Virus record (IMG/VR): IMGVR_UViG_3300030372_002267
Coordinates: 1-34,407 of that record
Strand: one strand, 5' to 3'
From: a virus
Lineage: Duplodnaviria; Caudoviricetes
DNA length: 34,407 nt
Both the position numbers and the translations under genes were made by a program. Position 1 is the stretch's first letter. Each line of letters starts with the position of its first letter. Of the stretch, positions 26,453 through 34,407 are shown one piece after another. A model generated the notes under the pieces. It had not been told where the DNA came from and searched no databases. It saw nothing but the letters and a program-made list of their open reading frames with translations.

Positions 26453-27194
26453 CTGTATCCTCTATTGGTCCTGTATATCTATCTAATGCTATATTGTCTA
26501 AATCAACTTTATTAATAGAAAGTATTTCATCATCAAAGTTTTCAAATAAATAATAATACCTGTTTGAACTATTTGGCTTAATGCTTACATCTAAAAAATC
26601 CATATACATTGCTGTAGAGCTATTATTAAATAGATTATAGATATAATAATCTGCTGTAGATGTAGGAGTAATATTATAAGTAAGTGTATAATTTTCATAT
26701 GCTATAGGAGATATTAAACCATCTCCTATTGATATATTCCCCGCCAATGTAGTACCACCTGCTATCGCTGAAGGTATAACAAGGCTTTTTACTTGACTAT
26801 TACTATCAGCTTGTTGAGGCTTTACAGTCAAGGTAACAGTATATTCAATATTTTTATAAAGTTTTATACCTGTTGTATTTCTAAATCCTTGTCCATGAGT
26901 CCACCAAGCTGAACCTAAATCACCTCCATCAAGTGTAACTCTATATGCTCCACCTGCATTTGAAGTAGTAGGGTCAGAAGAACTAGAACCCCAATATTCA
27001 GTCCAACCTGAATTATCACTAGAAAATGTATTATTACTTACTTTTTCAGTAAATGCTAATGTTTTAGTATCTGTTAAAACTCTAGTCTCTTCTACAAACT
27101 CATCTAACGCATCATTGAGTAATAGACGCAATTGCGTTTCTCCCATATCAGGATATATCTGCTGAATACTCTCAATCATTTGCTGTTGAGTCAT
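26442..27194 (-). CDS. head-tail adaptor-like protein with an inserted carbohydrate-binding-like domain (250 aa)
   Basis: Adaptor-like N-terminus (LLLNDALDEFVEETRVL) and C-terminus (YYYL...ILSINKV) flank an NNTFSSDNSGW...DFLDVSIK beta-sandwich-like segment. Confidence 0.5.
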   Translation of the reverse strand: MTQQQMIESIQQIYPDMGETQLRLLLNDALDEFVEETRVLTDTKTLAFTEKVSNNTFSSDNSGWTEYWGSSSSDPTTSNAGGAYRVTLDGGDLGSAWWTHGQGFRNTTGIKLYKNIEYTVTLTVKPQQADSNSQVKSLVIPSAIAGGTTLAGNISIGDGLISPIAYENYTLTYNITPTSTADYYIYNLFNNSSTAMYMDFLDVSIKPNSSNRYYYLFENFDDEILSINKVDLDNIALDRYTGPIEDTDVT

Positions 27195-27781
27195 TATGAT
27201 TTAGCTCCTGTAAGTCTTTGTATTTCTTTCTGATATAAAGCTGAGGTAGAGGCGATAAGCCCTTGAATTGTTTGAGCTAATTCTGTATCCTCATCTGTTA
27301 CAATTAACGCACCTAGCTTTTTATTTAATAACTTTATAGACGCTGATAATACAACTGCATGTTCTGCTGTGTCTGGAAATTGATTTATTGCAGTAAGGTC
27401 GTGTGTTACTGGAGGATATGCAATATGGTCTACATTCCCATCACTAGGTTTAATTTCTAAATTTTTATCACTTTTAATATAATAAGCAGGAGTTCGTGCA
27501 GTTGCATAATGAATAGAATTAGAATCAGAAACTTGAGTTGATAAACCTAAAGGTACTTCTTTAGCAATATATCCACCTGATGTCACTCTTAATATTCGCT
27601 TATTCTCTACATCAAGAACATTCGAGCTTGTAGCAGATGTAGAAGCATGTTTTAATAGCATAGCATCAGGCAGTATATCCAATACTTCCTTGGCTGAGGC
27701 TGTTAAAGCGTCATCTACATCAGTTGATGCACCTACATCATATCCTACTATATTATCTATTTGTAAACTAAAAGCTTGCAT
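27194..27781 (-). CDS. putative head-tail connector protein (195 aa)
   Basis: AGGAG RBS; TPAYYI and FPDTAEHAVVL; follows the capsid genes. Confidence 0.55.
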   Translation of the reverse strand: MQAFSLQIDNIVGYDVGASTDVDDALTASAKEVLDILPDAMLLKHASTSATSSNVLDVENKRILRVTSGGYIAKEVPLGLSTQVSDSNSIHYATARTPAYYIKSDKNLEIKPSDGNVDHIAYPPVTHDLTAINQFPDTAEHAVVLSASIKLLNKKLGALIVTDEDTELAQTIQGLIASTSALYQKEIQRLTGAKS

Positions 27782-27789
27782 AAACTCCT

Positions 27790-27819
27790 AAATAATAGGG
27801 GAGAGTTACCCCTCCCCTA
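27790..27819 (-). terminator. probable intrinsic terminator after the capsid genes
   Basis: Minus strand TAGGGGAG-GGGTAACT-CTCCCCTA-TTATTT (8-bp stem, 27796-27803 with 27812-27819). Confidence 0.65.
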
Positions 27820-27829
27820 AGATTATTTA

Positions 27830-28240
27830 TTAAGATATAGCAGTTATAAATGCCAAATCTGAACTTGCGTCTGTTATTAGCCATTTAGACCCATCACAAA
27901 CTAAACTCATCTTTGAACCTGCTTTAGAGGCATCAGCAAATCCTCTACTTGCACCTGAAGTTGCATAAGCACTAGCACCTGTATCGCTATCAATTAAAAA
28001 TCCTACGATATTGGTATCAGAAGTAACTAATACCTGTGTACTTCCATGATTAGCTACTCCTAAAATAATAGAAGTAACATAGCCTTTGCTTGATGCAGTT
28101 GCTGGCAATGTTATGGTAATATTACCTTCTGAACTTCCGTCTACAACTATTGTCTTTCCTGTGTCAGCTAAAGACAAAGTAGTGCTAGCAGAAACTGCTT
28201 TAATACCTGCGTTTGTACCACCTAAATAAGGTCTAGCCAT
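27830..28240 (-). CDS. capsid decoration/cement protein (136 aa)
   Basis: Directly after the MCP; TLSLADTGKTIVV, ITITLPA and SLVCDGSKW motifs. Confidence 0.65.
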   Translation of the reverse strand: MARPYLGGTNAGIKAVSASTTLSLADTGKTIVVDGSSEGNITITLPATASSKGYVTSIILGVANHGSTQVLVTSDTNIVGFLIDSDTGASAYATSGASRGFADASKAGSKMSLVCDGSKWLITDASSDLAFITAIS

Positions 28241-28251
28241 TGACTGCCTCC

Positions 28252-29571
28252 TTACGCTGTGATTTTAAACAGATTGTGTGATTCTATTAATGACACACCA
28301 ATTCCTTCATCTGAGAAGTACTGATCTTTAACACCATCATAGGCATTATCTGTTTTAATGTTTGTTTGATACATTTGGTTTCTGTACTGAGCGTGGAACA
28401 TATTACTATCATCAATAACAAGCATGTGTTTGTTATATGGTCCTCTAAGTGCAGGAGTTGGTATCAATTGTAATATTCCATGAGGTGTTTCTAAAGCTTT
28501 ATAATTAAAACCTAAAGCATCTCTTTTCATATCACTAATATTAACAGTCCAACCTGAGTTGCCTGCCATACCTGTATTACCAGCCATTTTAGACCAATAA
28601 CCTAATGCACCTGCTCCACAAAAAGCCTGTTTAACACCTGCTTCTGGAACATATTGGAATACTTTTTCCATATCATCAACAAAGTTACTATATGAGTAAC
28701 TTGCTTCAGATGCTGTAAAAATATTCTGATAATCTTTAGTGGTGTCAGAACTACCATACTTATTAATAGCAGAAACAATACCATAGGTAGTACGAGCTTT
28801 ACCACTCACACCACCTGTTGAAATTGTTCTACCAGCGTCATTAAAGGAATCTGAAAAAGAGCCAGCTTGATTACTTTCACCAAGATTTGTACCTTGAAGT
28901 GATTGTCCAAACAAAAATGCTTTTTCTTTCTGCATTTTATGTTCTTGACCCTTCATAATACGGAGTCTTGCAAGCTCAGAAGATTCACCTTTAAGTGATG
29001 CTTGTAATAATGTGCCTGTAATCTCTAAAGGTGTTTTAAAGATTTGAGTTGAGTTCCAAACTACTTCTAGTTCATCTTGCCATGCTTCAGGTGAATAAGT
29101 TCCTTCACCAAATGCATTTCCTACAACATGAAGAAAGTCATTATTAGCAGTTACAACTGTTCCAGCTTGAAGTGAAGTAAATAATGGTTCACCTCCAACA
29201 ACTGATTTTACAATTACTGTACCTTTATTAGTGGTCTCAGCCTCATTCCATACTTCAAAAATCAAACCTACCCATGAATCATCAGCAGGATTTGCTAGAT
29301 TTTCAATATTATCTATGTTAGTTGCTAATCCAACATCGTTGTCTGGAATTGTAATAACTTCTGTAGCTTGACATTTTTGTTTTACCCATGGATTTCTATG
29401 TTCAAACATCTTGAAAGTTGGGTCATTTGTTTGTCTAGTTTCTTTAGTAGAAACTACTGTAGTAAAGGGAGTTACATCAGTCCAGAGTTCTTTCGTCACA
29501 TTCGGGTCGATGTAAAAGTCTCTACGGTCTGTATAAAGAACACCTGATGCTCCTAGGTCCTTAGTTGCCAT
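28252..29571 (-). CDS. major capsid protein (439 aa, DUF5309-like HK97 fold)
   Basis: NSTQIFKTPLEITGT, EHKMQKEKAFLFG, GIVSAI and ETPHGILQL motifs; follows the scaffold; AAGGAG RBS. Confidence 0.85.
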   Translation of the reverse strand: MATKDLGASGVLYTDRRDFYIDPNVTKELWTDVTPFTTVVSTKETRQTNDPTFKMFEHRNPWVKQKCQATEVITIPDNDVGLATNIDNIENLANPADDSWVGLIFEVWNEAETTNKGTVIVKSVVGGEPLFTSLQAGTVVTANNDFLHVVGNAFGEGTYSPEAWQDELEVVWNSTQIFKTPLEITGTLLQASLKGESSELARLRIMKGQEHKMQKEKAFLFGQSLQGTNLGESNQAGSFSDSFNDAGRTISTGGVSGKARTTYGIVSAINKYGSSDTTKDYQNIFTASEASYSYSNFVDDMEKVFQYVPEAGVKQAFCGAGALGYWSKMAGNTGMAGNSGWTVNISDMKRDALGFNYKALETPHGILQLIPTPALRGPYNKHMLVIDDSNMFHAQYRNQMYQTNIKTDNAYDGVKDQYFSDEGIGVSLIESHNLFKITA

Positions 29572-29576
29572 TTATT

Positions 29577-30533
29577 CTATCTCCTTTTGGCGTTAGAAAA
29601 TAGAGACGCTGAGAAAGCTTGGTCATCTGTCATTTGAGCAGGAGCTTGTCCTTTTTGAACTGCTGTAGTCATTGGGACTTTTAAACGCTCTTGCTGTTGT
29701 TGCATCTGTACCACTTTCTGTTGTGACTCTATTTGTTGTTGATTACCGTTTTTTTGCATTTCATAGAGTGCTTTAAGATTATTCATAGAGATATTTGATG
29801 GATTGGAAGCCCATTGAACAAAGCTGTCTGCATCTGTTTCAGTATAACCCCATGACGCAATTGCGTTATTACGAGTGTTGTTATGTAACATCTGCTGTTG
29901 TTGAACTTGCATAGCTTGTTGCTGTTGCATTTGACGAGCTTGGTCAATATTGCCATACCAATCTATCATATCGTCTCTATGTTTATCTAAAGACATTCTA
30001 TATTTAAACGACTCACTATTTGGGTCGTTGTACGCATCGACCTCGTTGTAAGAATGTGGTTTCTCTGGTCTGAGAGGTTTCTGCAATGATGTCTCTTGTG
30101 GATTTCCCTGTTGAGGGTTTAACCCTTGAGGTTGACCATTGGATAACGATTCTAAGTTATCGAGCACTTTTGGATTCGATTTAATCATTTGTTCAACTGG
30201 ACCTAAAGTATTTTTATAGTAATCCAGTTCATCCTGTACTCCTCTTAGCTCATTCTTTACCTTGTCAGTTTGTGATTGCCAGTATTCATGTCTACGAGGG
30301 TCATCTTTAATCTCGCCCTGCTCTACTGATTCCTGTTGAGGAACAGCCTCTTGAGTTTGGGGTTGAGTTACATCTCCAATTGGAAATGTCTGCCCTTGGG
30401 GCATACCTTGTTCAGCAATTGATTGATTTCCAAATATAGGGTCTGCTGTTACAGGGGTACTCTCTGCTTGAGGTATCTGTGCAGTCTCTACTGGAAACTC
30501 ACCAGCATTACTTGTTTCTAGGATTTGGTCCAT
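29577..30533 (-). CDS. capsid scaffolding protein (318 aa)
   Basis: Q/E/P-rich with coiled coils (YWQSQTDK); lies between portal and MCP. Confidence 0.75.
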   Translation of the reverse strand: MDQILETSNAGEFPVETAQIPQAESTPVTADPIFGNQSIAEQGMPQGQTFPIGDVTQPQTQEAVPQQESVEQGEIKDDPRRHEYWQSQTDKVKNELRGVQDELDYYKNTLGPVEQMIKSNPKVLDNLESLSNGQPQGLNPQQGNPQETSLQKPLRPEKPHSYNEVDAYNDPNSESFKYRMSLDKHRDDMIDWYGNIDQARQMQQQQAMQVQQQQMLHNNTRNNAIASWGYTETDADSFVQWASNPSNISMNNLKALYEMQKNGNQQQIESQQKVVQMQQQQERLKVPMTTAVQKGQAPAQMTDDQAFSASLFSNAKRR

Positions 30534-30579
30534 TATTTATTACCTTTGTTTTCGTTGTTTGTCATAGACAGCAACAACA

Positions 30580-32805
30580 TTAAGCCAGACCTAACATTTC
30601 TTCATTTAGATCTGTTTGTTCGGTGCCTTTATCTCCCTGCACCTCTTTGACAGCCTCCTTGACTTTACTAAGTTCATCTGATGCTCTTGATTTATAAAGA
30701 GATGATGCCATTTCAACTTTAGCCTCAGCTTTAGCTAACTTGACTTCATATTTCATCAGTTCAACACGTTTACGGTCATGAAGTGATTCTCTCTGTGCAG
30801 TTTGAAGGTCACCTTTAAGTTTCTTAACTTCTTCATTCATCTGTTGCACTTGACCTTGGAGTTGGGCTGTTTGACTGGACCTCTGTAAAACGCCTTCCAT
30901 ATCAGCAACATCTGTTTGTTTTAATAATTCTGTTTGGTCGATAACACCCATTGAATACAATTCTTTATAATATTCAAAACGAGCCCATCGGTTGGAGGGT
31001 AGGGTAGAGCCACTAACGACAACAACATCGTACTTACCGATAGTAACATCATTAATTCTACCTATAAATCGTCCTGTAACATCAGAGTACATATTCTGAT
31101 TAATTCTTAATTCTTTTGGAACACCTGAGTTTGGCTGGATTAAACGGACAACTTTCTCATTGGTAAAGTAAGCTTGTATTAAACCTACAATTACTTTAGC
31201 CATCATATTTAAAGAGAACTCAATATCGTCTTTTTTAGACTTGATTCTTCTCTGTCCGTACTCATCAAGAGCCACAGTACCTTTATAGGTCTGCGGTGCC
31301 GAACCTTGGTCTCCTTGCATTAAAGCGTAAATACCTAATATTCTTTCAATATCAGCTTTAGCATCTGCTTCATTTTTATACAACTCATTAGGTAATGGTA
31401 CTGGACCTGCTACAATCGGCTGTCCTAGTTCAGGGTCGTATTCTATAACCGCAGTACCTGCACGACCCCATTGTTCTTCCAGTTCTTTTCTATCCATGCT
31501 ACCCCTAGGTATTAGCAGCTTCACATTAGTTGAACTGGATGCATGAGCAATAATAAGGGAACGAATCTTATTAATATACTCCTGTAGACCCTTGACAAGA
31601 CGAACATCACTAATTGGGAAAGGATTTCTGTTATGACCATTCATAAAGGCAACAATTGGATAGTGTTCAATCGGTTTAATTGTTGAATACATCTCTTTAT
31701 CACCTACTGCTACATTGCATTCAATATGGTCTACAATAATATCGTTTACCTTGATATGACCTTCTTGAATTATATCAGCGATTGTCATTGGAACAATATC
31801 TGTTGTTGAATTAGGAATAGAGTTTTCAGTCTCCTTACCTTTAACCTGAATAGGCTGACCTGTCATTTGGTCCATTGTTAAATGGAACCTACCATCATAT
31901 TGGTCATATAAGGCTTGCGTCTGTTCTACCATTCTAGGATCAGTCACTATCTGCTCACCTTGAGGTCCTAATATCAAAAACGCTGGTTGCTCAATATATT
32001 TTTGGAAATCTTCTTCTTTTAATATCTGCTCTTGGTCCATCATCGGGTCATAAGTACGCTTGTATGGAATCTTTATTTTTGTAAAGCGTTCAAATAACTC
32101 TAGCTCTTCATCATCATCATTTGCCACAGAACCATTAGACATAAAGCGTTCACCTGATACCTGTTCATCATATATACCATGTCTTGTGGTACTAACTGCT
32201 GAGGTATAATCAGTTGGGACTGCTTCTTGTACAATTTCTGCGTAGTCTGGATAATCAGCTTTAAGCTGACTTCTCATAATCTTTTTAGCCACAATAATGT
32301 GAGACGCATCCTGTAAGAATGGGTCAACACTATTGGGGTCGATATATAAATGTAAAGGGTCAACTGCTTTTACAAACACTTCGCCTTTACCATAATCAGC
32401 ATTAGGGTCGTAATACGCACACATGGCTCCCATGCCTTTTACATAGTAATCATCAATTACTTGTTTTAAAACGCTGTCCCCATTCGAGTTATCCCAGACC
32501 CATGTCATTAAATCTGAGAATATTCGACCTGTATTTACATCACTATCATCTCTGCCTGTAGATTGGAATTTAGGGGCATTTGAGGTAAGCATAGCTTTCG
32601 CCTGCTCTACTGCGGAATGGACTACATTGACAACAACAGGTGTTTGAGCTCTTTTCTTTAAAGCGTCAACATGCTTGTCTTGCCATTGTTTACCGTAACG
32701 AAATTCATTATCTTCTACAGCCTGTTTAGCCCATTTAGAGCGTGCAGAGCTGTACTCTTCTAATAAATCATGCGTAAGCTTGACTGAATCGGATTTTTGG
32801 GACAT
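30580..32805 (-). CDS. portal protein, P22-like (741 aa)
   Basis: FRYGKQW, PVVVNVV, VKGLQEYINK and IGKYDVVV motifs; C-terminal coiled coil; follows the terminase. Confidence 0.88.
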   Translation of the reverse strand: MSQKSDSVKLTHDLLEEYSSARSKWAKQAVEDNEFRYGKQWQDKHVDALKKRAQTPVVVNVVHSAVEQAKAMLTSNAPKFQSTGRDDSDVNTGRIFSDLMTWVWDNSNGDSVLKQVIDDYYVKGMGAMCAYYDPNADYGKGEVFVKAVDPLHLYIDPNSVDPFLQDASHIIVAKKIMRSQLKADYPDYAEIVQEAVPTDYTSAVSTTRHGIYDEQVSGERFMSNGSVANDDDEELELFERFTKIKIPYKRTYDPMMDQEQILKEEDFQKYIEQPAFLILGPQGEQIVTDPRMVEQTQALYDQYDGRFHLTMDQMTGQPIQVKGKETENSIPNSTTDIVPMTIADIIQEGHIKVNDIIVDHIECNVAVGDKEMYSTIKPIEHYPIVAFMNGHNRNPFPISDVRLVKGLQEYINKIRSLIIAHASSSTNVKLLIPRGSMDRKELEEQWGRAGTAVIEYDPELGQPIVAGPVPLPNELYKNEADAKADIERILGIYALMQGDQGSAPQTYKGTVALDEYGQRRIKSKKDDIEFSLNMMAKVIVGLIQAYFTNEKVVRLIQPNSGVPKELRINQNMYSDVTGRFIGRINDVTIGKYDVVVVSGSTLPSNRWARFEYYKELYSMGVIDQTELLKQTDVADMEGVLQRSSQTAQLQGQVQQMNEEVKKLKGDLQTAQRESLHDRKRVELMKYEVKLAKAEAKVEMASSLYKSRASDELSKVKEAVKEVQGDKGTEQTDLNEEMLGLA

Positions 32806-32856
32806 TGATGCGTTATACTCATAAGTACTGCAAAAGTTCCCTTAAGTACTATATAA

Positions 32857-34347
32857 TTACGCTGTGAACCAACTATGATCGTTTGAAAAGATGTTTCTCT
32901 TTTTGTTATTATCCTGGGATTCAGCCTTGTGCGTAGGAGTATAAGCTTTCTTATTCGCATAATAAAACCCATCAAGTAAATCATCATGCTTTGAACGTGG
33001 ATATAAGAGGAGCTCGTTCTTAAAATCCTGCATATCTTCCTGCATTAAAACTTTCTTTTGAGCGAAGTAAGGTTGGAGTGTTTCCAGTCTTGACGATTTT
33101 GAGTTTCTTGGGTTTTCTTTAATTTCAAGACCTGATATAAAAAGACCTTCTTCTTCACAACGCTGACGGATGTATTCTCGTAGCATTTCCTGATAGCCTA
33201 CAGATTCTATCCTGCATTTATCAGGTTTATATAATTTAAACCTTTCTAAAATAGCATCAGCTAAAGCCATAGGGGAAACACGTTTACGGAAATAAGGTAG
33301 AAGGTAGCGGTTATTATCCTTATCAACAGCCACAGTAACAATAGTTGAAAAATCAGCAGTTTGTCGAGTAGAAGATGCAGGGTCAATACCCATAAAAATA
33401 TTAACAGGGATTTTCTTATCGCATATCTCTCCTCTAAACTTTGTAAGATGTAAGACCTTATCTGATTCCAAATTTCCTTCATAAAATTGAAAATACTCCT
33501 CTTTGAACAACTGGTCCTCATCACCTACAATTTCACATAAGTATTCTCTATAAAACACAGAAACCCTGCTGATGGATTCTAATTCTTCTTTCTTTTGTTT
33601 TAGTTTACTAATCGGTTGCCATTCTTCCCATAATGCTCTATTATTATCCATATCAGGTTTAAACAGCATATTATTCCAACCCTTCATTTCTTTGAGCGTC
33701 TCCACGAGGCATCTTTGATGGATAGGTGTACCAATAACAGCGAGTCTACCTTTCATCGGATCAAGAGAGGGAACAGCAGATTGAAGTAACCATCTTAGAT
33801 TGCCTTCCATCGCTTCGGCTGTCTTAGTATTGTTCTCATCCTCAGGGTCATCTACTACAATAAGTGTAGGTCTTTGGTTTCCATGTTTAATTCCTCTAAG
33901 CTGTTGTCCTGTACCTTTACAGATAATCATAGAACCATCCTTAAGTTCTATTTCAGTCTTAGCCCATGCTTTAGCAGAATGCATACCCCAATAACCAAAT
34001 AACGCCCTCAAGGATTCAGAATAATCTAATGCATCTTTAATCGTACCCAGCAGTTTAACAGCATGGTCTTGAGTACGTGACACCAGTACAATCAGTTTCG
34101 GTCCTTTATCAAAGAACAAATGGTATAAAGGATAAACGCCCCCTACGATAGATGACTTGGCATGTCCTCTAGGTGCAATAATATTAATCTGTTTTTCATC
34201 TCTATCCATCAATACATCGGCAATCGTATAATGGAAGTCAGGAGAGGCAGATACAAACATATTAGGCATTATAACTTTACCAAAAAGAATCATATTTCCT
34301 TTGAGTTTAGTTAATACTTCCTGTTGTGCTTTTTGTTCTTTATTCAC
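32857..34347 (-). CDS. terL: terminase large subunit (496 aa)
   Basis: Walker A APRGHAKSS, Walker B IVVDDPE, coupling motif IGTP, nuclease GIDPA...HDDLLD. Confidence 0.93.
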   Translation of the reverse strand: MNKEQKAQQEVLTKLKGNMILFGKVIMPNMFVSASPDFHYTIADVLMDRDEKQINIIAPRGHAKSSIVGGVYPLYHLFFDKGPKLIVLVSRTQDHAVKLLGTIKDALDYSESLRALFGYWGMHSAKAWAKTEIELKDGSMIICKGTGQQLRGIKHGNQRPTLIVVDDPEDENNTKTAEAMEGNLRWLLQSAVPSLDPMKGRLAVIGTPIHQRCLVETLKEMKGWNNMLFKPDMDNNRALWEEWQPISKLKQKKEELESISRVSVFYREYLCEIVGDEDQLFKEEYFQFYEGNLESDKVLHLTKFRGEICDKKIPVNIFMGIDPASSTRQTADFSTIVTVAVDKDNNRYLLPYFRKRVSPMALADAILERFKLYKPDKCRIESVGYQEMLREYIRQRCEEEGLFISGLEIKENPRNSKSSRLETLQPYFAQKKVLMQEDMQDFKNELLLYPRSKHDDLLDGFYYANKKAYTPTHKAESQDNNKKRNIFSNDHSWFTA

Positions 34348-34405
34348 TTAATTCTTTCGTTTCAGACATCTTAATAGACTTCTTTTCTTCACTATTAATA
34401 GCATC
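34340..34405 (-). CDS. C-terminal end of the upstream gene (possibly terminase small subunit), truncated by the window
   Basis: Frame DAINSEEKKSIKMSETKELSE* overlaps the terL GTG start. Confidence 0.4.
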   Translation of the reverse strand, partial: DAINSEEKKSIKMSETKELSE

Positions 34406-34407
34406 TA

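Noticed and set aside
22533-33524. Same-strand alternative-frame ORFs nested in real genes (22533, 23216, 25193, 28602, 32760, 33261)
   Set aside because: Out-of-frame overlaps with well-supported genes; no motifs.
1-34407. CRISPR array, diversity-generating retroelement, IS element or rRNA
   Set aside because: By eye I found no regularly spaced repeats, reverse transcriptase, TR/VR pair, transposase or rRNA-like sequence.

Overview
About 34 kb of an AT-rich, tailed (podovirus-like) bacteriophage genome, probably temperate, read in the standard genetic code. The minus strand (34407 down to about 3757) carries a full late module: terminase, P22-type portal, scaffold, major capsid, decoration protein, adaptors, tail fibres, M15 endolysin, metallophosphoesterase, tail stabiliser, a repeat-rich spike, an ejection (internal virion) cassette and small membrane/holin genes. 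Next come an attP-like site (a tRNA-Leu(CAA) copy with a broken 5' end, flanked by 11-bp arm-type repeats) and a tyrosine integrase. Small plus-strand genes occupy 1-2621. Four things stand out. (1) The 2630-aa ejection protein has double-psi-beta-barrel RNA polymerase motifs (TDGSG, RIP, DKDID), like a crAss/phi14:2-type virion RNAP, yet this phage encodes an integrase and uses sigma70 and Shine-Dalgarno signals. (2) The neighbouring 209-aa protein shares its N-terminal domain. (3) Another ejection protein ends in a Hint (intein-like) domain. (4) A catalytic-domain-only Asn/Asp-tRNA-synthetase paralog sits 6 nt upstream of an atypical tRNA with a GUU anticodon and G73 on a tRNA-Leu-type long-variable-arm body. 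All calls come from reading motifs by eye; no searches were run.
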